DNA of 63,776 nt, the filler included, from Octopus bimaculoides (Eukaryota), in assembly GCF_001194135.2 (NCBI RefSeq). It is 4 parts of 3 records of this genome, joined end to end, with 100 filler letters (N's around TTAATTAATTAA, not from the genome) between each part and the next. Parts side by side here need not be neighbours in the genome. Positions count along the whole stretch, not along the records: positions 50,455 to 56,566 come from NC_068981.1; positions 56,667 to 63,776 come from NC_068981.1; 2 more parts are not named here. One strand, written 5' to 3'. The position numbers and the translations under genes were made by a program. The notes under the pieces were generated by a model. It was not told where the DNA came from. It ran no database searches and saw only the letters and a list, made by a program, of their open reading frames with translations. Numbering within the stretch: the stretch's first letter is position 1; each line of letters begins with the position of its first letter. Positions 52,441-63,520 of this stretch are shown piece by piece.

Positions 52441-52730
52441 AGGCGCAGGAGTGGCTGTGTGGTAAGTAGCTTGGTTACCAACCACATGGTTCCGGGTTCA
52501 TTCCCACTGCGTGGAACTTTGGGCAAGTGTCTTTTACTATTGCCTCGGGCCGACCAAAGCCTTGTGAGTGGATTTGGTAGACAGAAACTGAAAGAAGCCC
52601 NNNNNNNNNNNNNNNNNNNNNNNNNNNNNNNNNNNNNNNNNNNNNNNNNNNNNNNNNNNNNNNNNNNNNNNNNNNNNNNNNNNNNNNNNNNNNNNNNNNN
52701 NNNNNNNNNNNNNNNNNNNNNNNNNNNNNN

Positions 52731-52770
<40 letters not shown>

Positions 52771-52976
52771 TGTGTGTGTTTGTGTGTGTTTGTTTGTCAC
52801 CCCAACATCGCTTGACAACCGATGCTGGTGTGTTTACGTCCCCCCAGTTCGGTAAAAGAGACTGATAGAATAAGTATTAGGCTTACAAAGAATAAGTCCT
52901 GGAGTCGATTTGCTCGACTAAAGGCGGTGCTCCTGCATGACCGCAGTCAAATGACTGAAACAAGTAAAAGAATAGA
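52441..52976 (+). mobile_element. SINE family B, full length, young-looking; assembly gap in its internal microsatellite
   Basis: AGGCGCAGGAGTGGCTGTGTGGTAAG (A-box), GGGTTCATTCCC (B-box-like), CTTTGGGCAAGTGTC (CORE-like), gap plus (TG)n, complete tail. Confidence 0.92.
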
Positions 52977-53660
52977 GAAAAAATGAATATACATACATAT
53001 ATTTCGCTTAGGTATTGCAATACTAATAACGTGGTGCAGGAACTCAATATGCTTCAAAATCCATAAGCATCAGAACTGATATGCCTCAGAACTCAATAGC
53101 CATATGCTTCAGTCGAGTACAGAACAGTAATAAAAAAATTGAGGGGACAAAAGTATAACTATCTTATGAACTTCATGTATATATATGTATATATATATTT
53201 ATTTACTTGTGCGAATTTGGCCGGTGTGTGCGTGTGTGTGCGTGTGTGTGTTTGTGTAAATATGGTTTATACTAAGGGAAAATAATGATTTGCAAATCCT
53301 TCCTGGGTACCTTCCCGATAAATCTAAAATATAGTTTTCCTGGCGAGAATCGAAAGCTCGCCAAGTCCCCCCGGCATGAAAGCCTGTTCTTTATTCTACA
53401 ACATTCACTTTTTCATAAACAGAACAAATATTGACTTATTGCATCATGTATAAAACACATACTTTATAAATCAAACGCGTTACATTACATACATATATAC
53501 ATTACATACATATATACATTACATACATTACATACATATATAACACAAGCCTACATACACATTGATATACATATATATGTACGCGTATATATTCACATAG
53601 AGAATATTGTAAGTACATAGGTATATACATACATACGTACATATTTATATACATATATAT

Positions 53661-53733
<73 letters not shown>

Positions 53734-54904
53734 CATACATATTTTGGTATGCGTATGTCTGTATGATTGCATGTATAAGTATATACATGAATATGTGCGT
53801 GTAAGTATAAGATTTTGAGAGCGTGCGCCTATATACATCTCCGGTGATATCATCGCCTGTATAATGTGTTTGTATAGTGACACTAAATTTCTTACATGGA
53901 CAAAGTTTCTGTGTACATAGGCACACAGTGTACGTGTAAATGCATACATTTGTATGAAAATGACGTACGTGTATGTATCGGTGAGAGCGTACATGTGTTT
54001 GCGTGCATAAAGCATATGCATCGGTATACATAGATAATCTCCCTATATAATCTCTCTTTCACTCTCTATTCATNNNNNNNNNNNNNNNNNNNNNNNNNNN
54101 NNNNNNNNNNNNNNNNNNNNNNNNNNNNNNNNNNNNNNNNNNNNNNNNNNNNNNNNNNNNNNNNNNNNNNNNNNNNNNNNNNNNNNNNNNNNNNNNNNNN
54201 NNNNNNNNNNNNNNNNNNNNNNNNNNNNNNNNNNNNNNNNNNNNNNNNNNNNNNNNNNNNNNNNNNNNNNNNNNNNNNNNNNNNNNNNNNNNNNNNNNNN
54301 NNNNNNNNNNNNNNNNNNNNNNNNNNNNNNNNNNNNNNNNNNNNNNNNNNNNNNNNNNNNNNNNNNNNNNNNNNNNNNNNNNNNNNNNNNNNNNNNNNNN
54401 NNNNNNNNNNNNNNNNNNNNNNNNNNNNNNNNNNNNNNNNNNNNNNNNNNNNNNNNNNNNNNNNNNNNNNNNNNNNNNNNNNNNNNNNNNNNNNNNNNNN
54501 NNNNNNNNNNNNNNNNNNNNNNNNNNNNNNNNNNNNNNNNNNNNNNNNNNNNNNNNNNNNNNNNNNNNNNNNNNNNNNNNNNNNNNNNNNNNNNNNNNNN
54601 NNNNNNNNNNNNNNNNNNNNNNNNNNNNNNNNNNNNNNNNNNNNNNNNNNNNNNNNNNNNNNNNNNNNNNNNNNNNNNNNNNNNNNNCATATGTATACAT
54701 ACTTGTAGATTCATATGCGTGTATTTGTGTGTATATGTGTATATATATTCATAAAGATTATAGTTGATGTCACGTTAACATGCTGAGTGAAAGCATCATT
54801 AAAATGTCTACGTAAAAAATACTTCACACTAAATCTTTGTCTATTAAATTTATCGTTGAAATCCTCCACTTATTTTACTTTTGCGTGGATAGTGTAGCGT
54901 TTTA

Positions 54905-54946
<42 letters not shown>

Positions 54947-55429
54947 TAAAAAAACAGACAACAATCCTGGTGAAAACTCTATATTTTTATGGTTTAATAT
55001 ATTTTGTATATAAAAACTTGCTCATAAAACTAAAATCAAATCGAATTCCCATTTCAAAAATTAAAGTGGGGCACTAAATTATTATCATAACAACATTAGT
55101 TCAAAGACGAAAGTGTATTACCTTAGGTGAATTGCTCATAATGTTCATCAAAGGAACAAAACAAAACACACACAAGAAAAAGCACTATAGCAGCAAAAAG
55201 ACATGTAAACACGCTTACACACACTCATACACTCACACACACACACACACGCACAAATACACATTTACATATACATGTATGTATGTTATTTATGCATGTA
55301 TGTATGTATGTATGTATGTATGTATAACACTGGATAAAAAATGCAGAGTTAAGTGTTAGGCCTGATAAAACAACATAAATATTAAACAAGCTGACTGAAG
55401 TTTCGCGCTTGCTGTTTTCTCAGTCCCTG

Positions 55430-55489
<60 letters not shown>

Positions 55490-55591
55490 GCTATCTGTCT
55501 GTCTATCTATCTATCTATTCAGCTATCTAACTATCTATCTATCTTGCTTCTTTCCTGCCCACAGAGAGGGGATAAACAAGGACAGACAAAT

Positions 55592-55728
55592 GGATTAATT
55601 CGATTATATCGACCCCAGTGTGTAACTGGTACTTATTTAATCGACCCCGAAAGGATGAAAGGCAAAGTCGACCTCGGCGGAATTTTGAACTCAGAACGTA
55701 GCGGCAGACGAAATACCGCTAAGCATTG
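55592..55728 (-). mobile_element. SINE family A, 5'-truncated
   Basis: Near-consensus body and B-box. Confidence 0.88.
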
Positions 55729-55744
55729 TTAACACACACAACTC

Positions 55745-55935
55745 CATCATAGGCCAGCTCCGCAAAGAGAAGTTGACGGATGAGGCGCGTTTGAAGAATA
55801 CGTATAATGTATCCTGATTAGCAGTAGCGGTATCGTACCATGGTGACTTCAATGCTGAGCCGTCCAGCTGGAGCAGATACTCATCATTTGTGTTGCAGTC
55901 TTTCCATGGAATCTTCATGAAGAAAATTTTTTCTG
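55745..55935 (-). mobile_element. RTE-clade LINE C-terminal fragment
   Basis: MKIPWKDCNTNDE, then after a frameshift AGRLSIEVTMVRYRYC*SGYIIRILQTRLIRQLLFAELA, matching L.I.W.D..TN.EVL..AG..SIE....QLRW.GH..RM...RLP.QLL..EL. Confidence 0.8.
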
Positions 55936-56473
55936 AATCCCCTTCATCATCAGATGAAGTAGATGATGATGATGATGATGATGATGACGATGACGACGAC
56001 GACAATGATGGTATACTGCTCCGTGAAAGTAAGATCAACAAAACGAGTACTTCATCAGGTGAGAGATAAATACTATTTAATAATCACAGTATATATTTTT
56101 ATGCGTTACCAACGGTTTCAGACGTTGATAGCAACTCAGAGAGCAGTTTATAACACGTCTGGTGTCTTCATCTAATCCTCAAGCTCTGCTTACATTGCAT
56201 AACAAGCTAAAACTGGAAGATAAAATAAGAAGAAATGTCAGAAGATTCGAAAAGAAAGTAGATGTAAAAGCGGTAAGGTTGAAAACACTGGAAAAGAAAA
56301 GAGAAAAGAAAAACGAACGAAAAATTAGAATTATGTTCCATTTAATCGTAAAGTCATAAGGCTGGCTTGATAGGGTCTAGAGTCGGCGCTACACACACAC
56401 ACACACACACATTCTCCATGATACATCGCTGACCACTACACATTTTTTTCTCTTCTTGTTTCTTTCTGTATTC

Positions 56474-56509
56474 CTTTCTGTTGAGGAGCGTAGGCTCGAA
56501 ACGTTAAAG
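56474..56509 (+). ncRNA. Minimal type I hammerhead motif (family 3), core variant CUGUUGA
   Basis: CTTT-CTGTTGA-G-GAGC-gtag-GCTC-GAAA-CGT-T-AAAG: 4-bp stems I and II, palindromic ACGU; A6 is replaced by U. Confidence 0.6.
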
Positions 56510-56566
56510 ACTTTCTCTATTCCCGAGCGCTATACTAATACATCCATTTGTTGTTTACACCACCTA

Positions 56567-56666
56567 NNNNNNNNNNNNNNNNNNNNNNNNNNNNNNNNNN
56601 NNNNNNNNNNTTAATTAATTAANNNNNNNNNNNNNNNNNNNNNNNNNNNNNNNNNNNNNNNNNNNN
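56567..56666. other. Artificial 100-bp scaffold linker N44-TTAATTAATTAA-N44
   Basis: Same structure as 27643-27742. Confidence 0.95.
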
Positions 56667-58849
56667 ACACATAAACACACACACATACACACATAATGCA
56701 GTAGGCTACAAGGCAGTTTTTTAATACTTTCACCGCAACAATAATAGATAACATTTCACTCCTTCAGAACTTGATGAGACGTCCGTTCGTACATCGAAAG
56801 CAATACATAGAACATTTGTGTCGTGTACTGAGGCTTGCCAATTTGGAAATATTTCAGTAAAAATCATGAAGCAACACGAGTCAATATAAGGTTGTATATT
56901 CGTATTTAACACGTTGTTTCATACTTGCACTTACTGTGGTTACCTGTGCCCGAAAACAAATTTTTTCTAATAAATCACGTGTGCAAAAACACAACAGATT
57001 CCATGGGAGATTTTGCAGAATTCCGAGCACGTTGATTTAGCTTACGCTTGATTCTTCGGTGGTAGATATTACTCTGTAATTTCGAGCTAGACAAAACTCT
57101 TGTTGCTCTAAAGAAACAGCAAGCAAAATTATCCAATTATATTCCAAGGTGACAACGGTTAGAAATAATTTAATATAAGTTCAGGAAGATATGAATTATC
57201 GTGGGTACATAAAGTCGATCAGTAATTTCCCCAGAAATATTGGGCAATTCTTCCCTCAAACAATGAGTTTCAAAATAAGAGAAGGATATGTTGCGTAGTG
57301 TGATTATTATTATAGATGTGATGGTCATGTTTCGACTACGCGTGATCGTAAGCTTTCTTGATCGTTGCTGTTCTGAGACAACATTAATACAACAGTAGTA
57401 GCAGCAACAGCAGCAAGAACAACATCAACAACACTAACTTGATACTTTGCCACACAATCCATTACATCTAATTCTTCTTCTTGATAATATCCCAATCAGG
57501 AATATTGGTAACTTGTTTGTTTTTGTAAAACAGTCGACTTGCAGATTTTCTGGACACATCAACCACACGAATCTCACCAAACTCGTTCGAAGTGTAGGCT
57601 ATAGCGTTATATCATATCTCGTCCTCCTTACGGAAGCATTCAAAAATTCGTTGTGTAAGGTTATGTCTGTAGAAAATGTCCGACCTTTTTCATATCAAAT
57701 CTGACTACTGTTGTTCTTCCACATATTATTAAAAAAATGTTATTTACATTTGTGTTGTTCGTTGTACAGGTTGCCTTCATTACCTAATTTACAATGAGCA
57801 GGTTAAATGTTGTTTATGTGAGAAAAAGCACAGAGTAAATAGCACTAACCATTATAGCACCACATCCAGATCAATTGGAAGCAATATTCCTTGAAGTTTT
57901 TATTTGTTCTTTTCAGACATTTATGGTTGCCATCTGGGAGAAAGAGAATTATTGAATCATCAAAGACGATAACATGTTGGAAAGAAATTCAATTATAATT
58001 TTTTTTTTTTTCTGTGTACACTCAAAGAAATTGCTTTTCGTCAACTATGTTTAGTTTTATTCCTTTCTTTTGAACATAAGCACTGATAAAAGTTCCAGAT
58101 TCTTTCAGAAATGTTTTAATGGCGTGTTTGGATACATTTCCTCCATCACTTGTCGTGTAATCTTTCGATAACAAAACGATGGTTTGTTGCATGTCATTAG
58201 AGAATCGTTTTATGAACCTTCTCTTATCTCCTGACCTCCCAGCCTTACTGCCTACTGACCCTAATTAGATTTTATGACTATTGTCTCTCTCTTCCTTTAT
58301 TTTGGTTCTGTGTTCTATGCGCGGTGATTAATTAAATGTCTATTTTCATCTTTTTCGTTCTTGTTTTTTTTTTCTTTTTAAACATTTCTGCTGTCCCAGA
58401 ATCTATGAACTTTCCCAAGAACATGTTTGAAAGGTCAAAATAACAACAAAATCAACAGCAAAAATAAATAAAATAGAAGGAATGCAAAACAAAAAAGTAA
58501 TAATAGTAAAAGGAAATATAAAATGAATTTAATAAAAATATGATTTTCAATAATCGTATAGAAAGTTAGAAGGGAGGAATAAAATTTGGTTGAAAAAAAA
58601 ATGATATAAGAGGGTATAAATAAAAAGAAAAAAAAANNNNNNNNNNNNNNNNNNNNNNNNNNNNNNNNNNNNNNNNNNNNNNNNNNNNNNNNNNNNNATT
58701 AAATATCAACTGAGAACAAGAACAGGAACAAAAGCAACAATTTCAATAATAATAAGAAATAAAAATATTAAAAATGAAAATTATAATAAATATTATGATA
58801 GTAATAATAATAACAATGGTGATAGTTTCAAACTTTGGCACAGGGTCAC

Positions 58850-58852
<3 letters not shown>

Positions 58853-58902
<50 letters not shown>

Positions 58903-59125
58903 TGATGATGATGAAAATAATAATGATAATAATAATAATATTAATAATAACAAGAAGAAGAAGAAGGAGGAGGAGGAGGGGTGGAGGAGGTGGAGGAAAA
59001 GAGGAAGAAAAGAAGAAGAAGAAGAAGAAGAAGAAGAAGAAGAAGAAGAAGAAGAAGAAGAAGAAGAAGAAGAAGAAGAACAACAACAACAACAACAACA
59101 ACAACAGAAATAGCAACAACAACAA
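58853..59125. repeat. Compound triplet repeat (AAT)(GAT)(AAG)(GAG)(GAA)(CAA)
   Basis: Directly visible. Confidence 0.95.
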
Positions 59126-59599
59126 GGTTAATATATCTCCAAGAGTAATTGCTTTCGTTTGGCATTTGTATTGGAAATATTCAAAAAATTTTAATCGTTC
59201 CTTTTATATAATAATTTAGTTTTTAATAATTCATTGCGAATAGTGAACAATAGTGTCATGGTTACTTTGTTTCAGCGTACCACTTAGTGATTCACTGCAT
59301 TATTACATACCAGAATGACAAATGAGAGTCTGCGTAGCTTACTGAGACACCAATAACATAGGATATTCATTCGAAATTCTCTGGCAATCACTTTTCTAAG
59401 GCGCTCGTTACAACTATTGCACACACACACACATATATACACACCCACCCACACACACAAACACACAGAGATAACTCACACATATACAAACACTCACGAA
59501 CACATACACTGCCATCCCAAACAGCACCCCTACTGTACAAATACGCAACTCCCAACTCGCACCCGCACGCACACACACACACGCGCATACACACACATA

Positions 59600-59844
59600 C
59601 ACACACAAACATAAAAGAAAATATATACTCACGTATGTATTCCACGCACAAAAGTATAGCACACAAGCTCAAGCATGAAATAGACAGTTTAGATATGTTT
59701 TAATGAAATATTACAATTTGGATATGTTTTAATGAAATATAGATATTTTGAAATAATTATGAGAAGATATGATTGTATATTTATAGTTTACTAATCTGAA
59801 TAAGAATAGCAGCAAGCTGAGCAGCGCCGGGTCATTCTGCTAGC
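59600..59844 (-). mobile_element. Helentron/HINE-like terminus
   Basis: The minus strand begins CTAGCAGAATGACCCGGCGCTGCTCAG, similar to 61548 (ACTAGCTGGTGTACCCGG). Left boundary uncertain. Confidence 0.45.
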
Positions 59845-60271
59845 GTGTGTATTTGTGTATGTGTGTGTGTGTTTGAATATTGTGTGAATACCATTAACTT
59901 TAATCGTACTCATATCATTTGGTACGCATTTGGTGTTTCGGAATATTGCAGATTTCCTGCAAAAATTAAAACAAAGCAGATTGCTTTTAAACTATTTAGT
60001 TACTTGTCAGTAGTATAAAACGCTTAAGACTTACATAATATAATTACATAACCAATATCAATTGTCAAATCTTCAGAGACCTGTTAAATTGTTGACCGTT
60101 GTAATTTTTCACTGGTTGCTTTTGTCAACAATTACAAAAACCATTAATGTTACGTATTAATATCACAGATATTTCAGGACGTGGTAATACGCTATGTGAT
60201 TTATGCTATTAACAATAGCCAATTTTAAAACCAAATATACGAAACACTGTGACTAAATGTCTTAGAAACTG

Positions 60272-60319
60272 TCTCTTGTTTACAATCTCTCTTTATAAAG
60301 AGAGATTGTAAACAAGAGA
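60272..60319. repeat. Perfect 48-bp palindrome
   Basis: TCTCTTGTTTACAATCTCTCTTTA|TAAAGAGAGATTGTAAACAAGAGA. Confidence 0.95.
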
Positions 60320-60430
60320 TTGCATTTGGATATATATATATGTAATTATATTATGTAAATAATATAAATAATGTATATATATATTTACATTATTTACATT
60401 CGACGGATATTTGTCATCTTGTTTGTTGTT

Positions 60431-60476
60431 AATACAACATTTCGGCTGATATACCCTCCAGCCTTCTTTAGGTGTC
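60431..60476 (-). ncRNA. Decayed copy of the family 1 hammerhead
   Basis: GACAC-CTAAAGA-A-GGCTGG-agggtata-TCAGCC-GAAA-TGTT-GTATT; stem II is identical to 46815 but core G5 is mutated. Confidence 0.6.
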
Positions 60477-60557
60477 TTTGGGAATTTTTTCATTCCTAAG
60501 GTATTTTACGATGTTATTATTATTATTGGTATCATTATTATTATTATTATTAGTGTT

Positions 60558-60630
60558 CAGGTCACTGCTTGGAATCGAACTCGGAAACTTGGGGTTATAG
60601 CCCGCGTAATTAACCGCTACGCCATATGCC
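60558..60630 (-). promoter_or_regulatory. tRNA-like Pol III type 2 promoter segment
   Basis: A-box TGGCGTAGCGG (60614-24) and B-box GAGTTCGATTCC (60571-82); the cloverleaf is degenerate, so not a functional tRNA. Confidence 0.6.
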
Positions 60631-60924
60631 AGTGAGCAATTATTGAGTGAATTTTAGGGCTTATAAATCTAATATTTTGCTATCCTTCCTTAATAGCGTT
60701 TCCCATATGCTGCTCATATCTGCACTCGGTCTGCTTAGAAGGTTGTTGTGTCCTAGCCTTTGTGCTGCTTCTTTTAGTTTTCGTATTTTCCAGTGGTGTT
60801 ATCTGTCTATTATTTAAAATTCATCCCGCAGGGGATGGTGGTCTCCATTTTGCTATACATGATCAGCTATAGCCGATTTATCAATATCTCCTCGTGTCAC
60901 AGCTTTGCAATATTCGTGTCCCAG

Positions 60925-61400
60925 TTCTTGTTCTTTCCATTGAGTATACTTCACATAATTAATTTGATTATTCTGAGATATTCCAGCCTAAAGCTTTCCT
61001 TCGCCTCACTCTCCTTGATTTTGTCATGCTCCAAAATACCTAGAGACTTATATCCATCAGTTTCAACATCCCTGATTTTCACGTTGTTGTGCAGTTATAC
61101 CCAATCAGACGATAATATTCGGCATTTTGGTATTATTCAGACCACAAATAAATGTTCCAAATTCCATCCCAATAGCCTTAATGAATACCTGCAGTTTTGA
61201 GATCAGAGCATCAATTTCTTTTTCTGTCTTCCCGAAGATCTTTAAGTCATCCATATATAACAGATAATTTAATATTTTTCTGCTTATCCAATTGTACCCC
61301 AATGTCAATTTCCGTAGTATCTGTGGGTGTAACATCACACACATTTTCGACAGCAATGGTGAAAGGCTATCTCATTAAAACATTGAATCGTCCCTTATTA
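60925..61400 (-). mobile_element. R4/Dong-type LINE RT fragment
   Basis: ILNYLLYMDDLKIFGKTEKEIDAL (YMDD at 61246-57)..IGMEFG..GYKYLGILEHDKIKE..KESFRLEY..ILNGKNK. Confidence 0.85.
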
Positions 61401-61547
61401 TGACTGAGGATGCTGAATAACACCTGTTCAGATTTAAGGGTTTTAACTCTTATTTCTTGTAATATAGTTGTTATTCAGTAACCTCAGTCACGATTAGGGA
61501 TGATTATATATATATATAATCATACAAATTTATATATATATATATAT

Positions 61548-63520
61548 ACTAGCTGGTGTACCCGGTAATTCTCGAGGGCGAAGATGTTCTATTGAAACAC
61601 CTTATTACTCTGATATAAGAAAGCAATTTCGTTAGAACTGCCACAAAAGGTATATTTTCCGTTGCAAAAAGGTACAAAAATCTGTAAGCTGGAAGAGGGA
61701 GAGATTGTTGGAGTTTGGAGAGAGAGGTTTTCGGAGGTTGGCGAGGAAGTACTCTGACTCGTCGTGGCCTTTTAAAGGTGAACTTTATGAAGGCTTATTT
61801 ATTAAATGTAGTATATACATGTAAATATGTATATAAATATATGAATGAAGTGCTTAATGTTTAACAATGAAATGAAGAAAGTGCAATAATTACATTCACA
61901 CTCACTGATGGTCGCTCTCAGTAACTGCCTTTAGCTTACGGAGTTCTTGTTTTTATTACTATGGAAAAGTACACAGAAGGTTAGACATATTGTTGAGAAT
62001 AAAATGATTTCATTGGAGGTCTGTTATCTCCATTCCATCCCCTGGTAGTCTAGAAGAGGTCAGAAGGGTCAAGTGGCAAAGACATTATGCTGCTTAGCGA
62101 AGGCGTCTGGGAAACGTTTAACGGCTGTCATTCACAGAAAAGCTGTTGTTTTACCGTGAGAAAAACTTTGTAGAGTCGTAAGTGAAATGTAGCAATCGAG
62201 GATCGAATCCACACTATGTCTGCATGAAGCCACAACAAATATGTTGTGGAATAAAAAAAATTATCTATTGTCATGGAAAAAGTGTAACTGTAAAAATGCA
62301 GAATTATCGGAGTAATGGGCGTTAAAAAAGTATGTAGGTATAGAAAGGTATGAATGAGGTGTTTAAGGTTTAAGATTAAAATCAAGTAAGTGCAATAATA
62401 ATGTTTAGCAGTCCAAAACTAAGTAGTAAAATGCAGAATTAGGTCGGCTAATTGTGAGAATCAAATATTGATCACTTCGCTTAAAACTGCAGGTGATACG
62501 GGTTATTTCCCTTGGGCTGTTTAAATACAACATAAGTAATATCTAGTAGATAGAGGGACCTTTGGAGTGGCCTATTATCGATTTTTTTTCAACAATATAA
62601 GTATGTCACGATGTTTTCAGACATCAGTTCTACTCACGTGTCAAATAAAGTATAAAAGCTATATTGTCATCCAAAATTAGTAATTGGACACACACAAAAA
62701 AAAGATCAATATTCAAAATAATCGAACATAAGCAATGAAACCTGTAAAATATTTCGCTCAATTAGTTTCATGAGAATGTTGNNNNNNNNNNNNNNNNNNN
62801 NNNNNNNNNNNNNNNNNNNNNNNNNNNNNNNNNNNNNNNNNNNNNNNNNNNNNNNNNNNNNNNNNNNNNNNNNNNNNNATGAACTGTAAATAAGAAATAA
62901 ATATTATGATTTCTAAAATAAGTATAAGTAATAAAGGGTGTCCCAACTGAAAGTAGTGTGGAGGTTTGGTTTCATTTTTGAAAGAATTTTAAGCATTCGA
63001 AGTATGAATTCATAGTATTGGGACACACTTATTAAATACGTTCTGGAATCAAAAATTTATGTACTGTCATCGAAAAATTTTAACTGGAAAAAATTAGAAT
63101 TATCGGAGTTATGAGCATTGAAAGTGTACATGCATTAAGAAAGTGCAATAATAATGTTTAGCAGTTGAAAACTGAGTAGTGAAATGCAGAATTAAGTCCG
63201 GTGATCGTGAGAATCAAATATTGATCGGTTCGCTAAAAAATAAGAACTGTAAGAACAGGTGCTATGGGTTATTTCCCTTGAGTGTCTAAAAAAGTATCAT
63301 GCAGGTGCTATGCGATATTTCGCTTGGGTGTGTTTAAAAAAATAATTATATGAGGTAGATTTAAAGATCCCTTCCAGTGGCCGTATTATCGATTGTTTCA
63401 AAAAAGTAAGTATGTCATGAGGTTTCCACACACATGTCAAGTTTCATCAAAATCAATAAAACGATGTAGGAGGAGTTAGCTAACAGCACCACAAACACAC
63501 AGCGATTTTCCACATATGTA
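61548..63520 (+). mobile_element. Helentron/HINE-like non-autonomous element with internal duplication
   Basis: Starts ACTAGCTGGTGTACCCGG after (TA)n. Ends with CAAGTTTCATCAAAATC..TAGGAGGAGTTAG..ACAAACACACAG, like HINE/DINE 3' modules. About 62270-62640 is duplicated at about 63080-63440. Confidence 0.5.
62929..63034. mobile_element. About 105-bp MITE with Tc1/mariner-like ends
   Basis: TAATAAAGGGTGTCCCAA (62929-46) / TTGGGACACACTTATTA (63018-34) inverted ends. Confidence 0.55.

Larger units (their letters stand above)
60330..60915 (-). mobile_element. Penelope-like element 3' end: GIY-YIG C-terminus, tRNA-like segment, (AAT)n and decayed hammerhead
   Basis: KAVTRGDIDKSAIADHV*..DEF*IIDR*HHWKIRKLKEAAQRLGHNNLLSRPSADMSSIWETLLRKDSKILDL* (stop at 60661-63) matches the EH....G...KSA.A.H....H..W....R..KEA..I...LNRD.G..LS.IW..LL end of PLE endonucleases. 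Confidence 0.82.

Noticed and set aside
17177-54714. Long ORFs rich in X, YI, CV, TH, LS or RE
   Set aside because: They are read-through of N gaps and di- or tetranucleotide microsatellites, not genes.
55820-55930. GDFNA motif on the plus strand, suggesting an APE endonuclease
   Set aside because: It is the antisense of the RTE fragment, has an adjacent stop codon, and shows no other APE motifs.
55691-56041. 116-aa minus ORF that looked like a host exon (KIPWKDCNTNDEYLLQLDG..)
   Set aside because: A one-base frameshift restores an RTE LINE C-terminal signature, and the poly-Ser part is a (GAT)n repeat.
56045-56174. Possible type II hammerhead using CTGATGA at ~56051-57 (minus)
   Set aside because: Stems I and II do not pair in that topology; kept only as a faint relic.
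57905-57985. Polypyrimidine-AG followed by a short open frame (possible exon)
   Set aside because: No good donor site, no recognisable protein and no neighbouring exons.
60558-60630. Possible functional tRNA gene
   Set aside because: The T-stem and acceptor stem do not pair properly; only A/B boxes are supported.
61900-61935. SHSLMVALSN, reminiscent of the Helitron helicase SHGQLYVALSR motif
   Set aside because: Too short, with no supporting motifs in adjacent frames.
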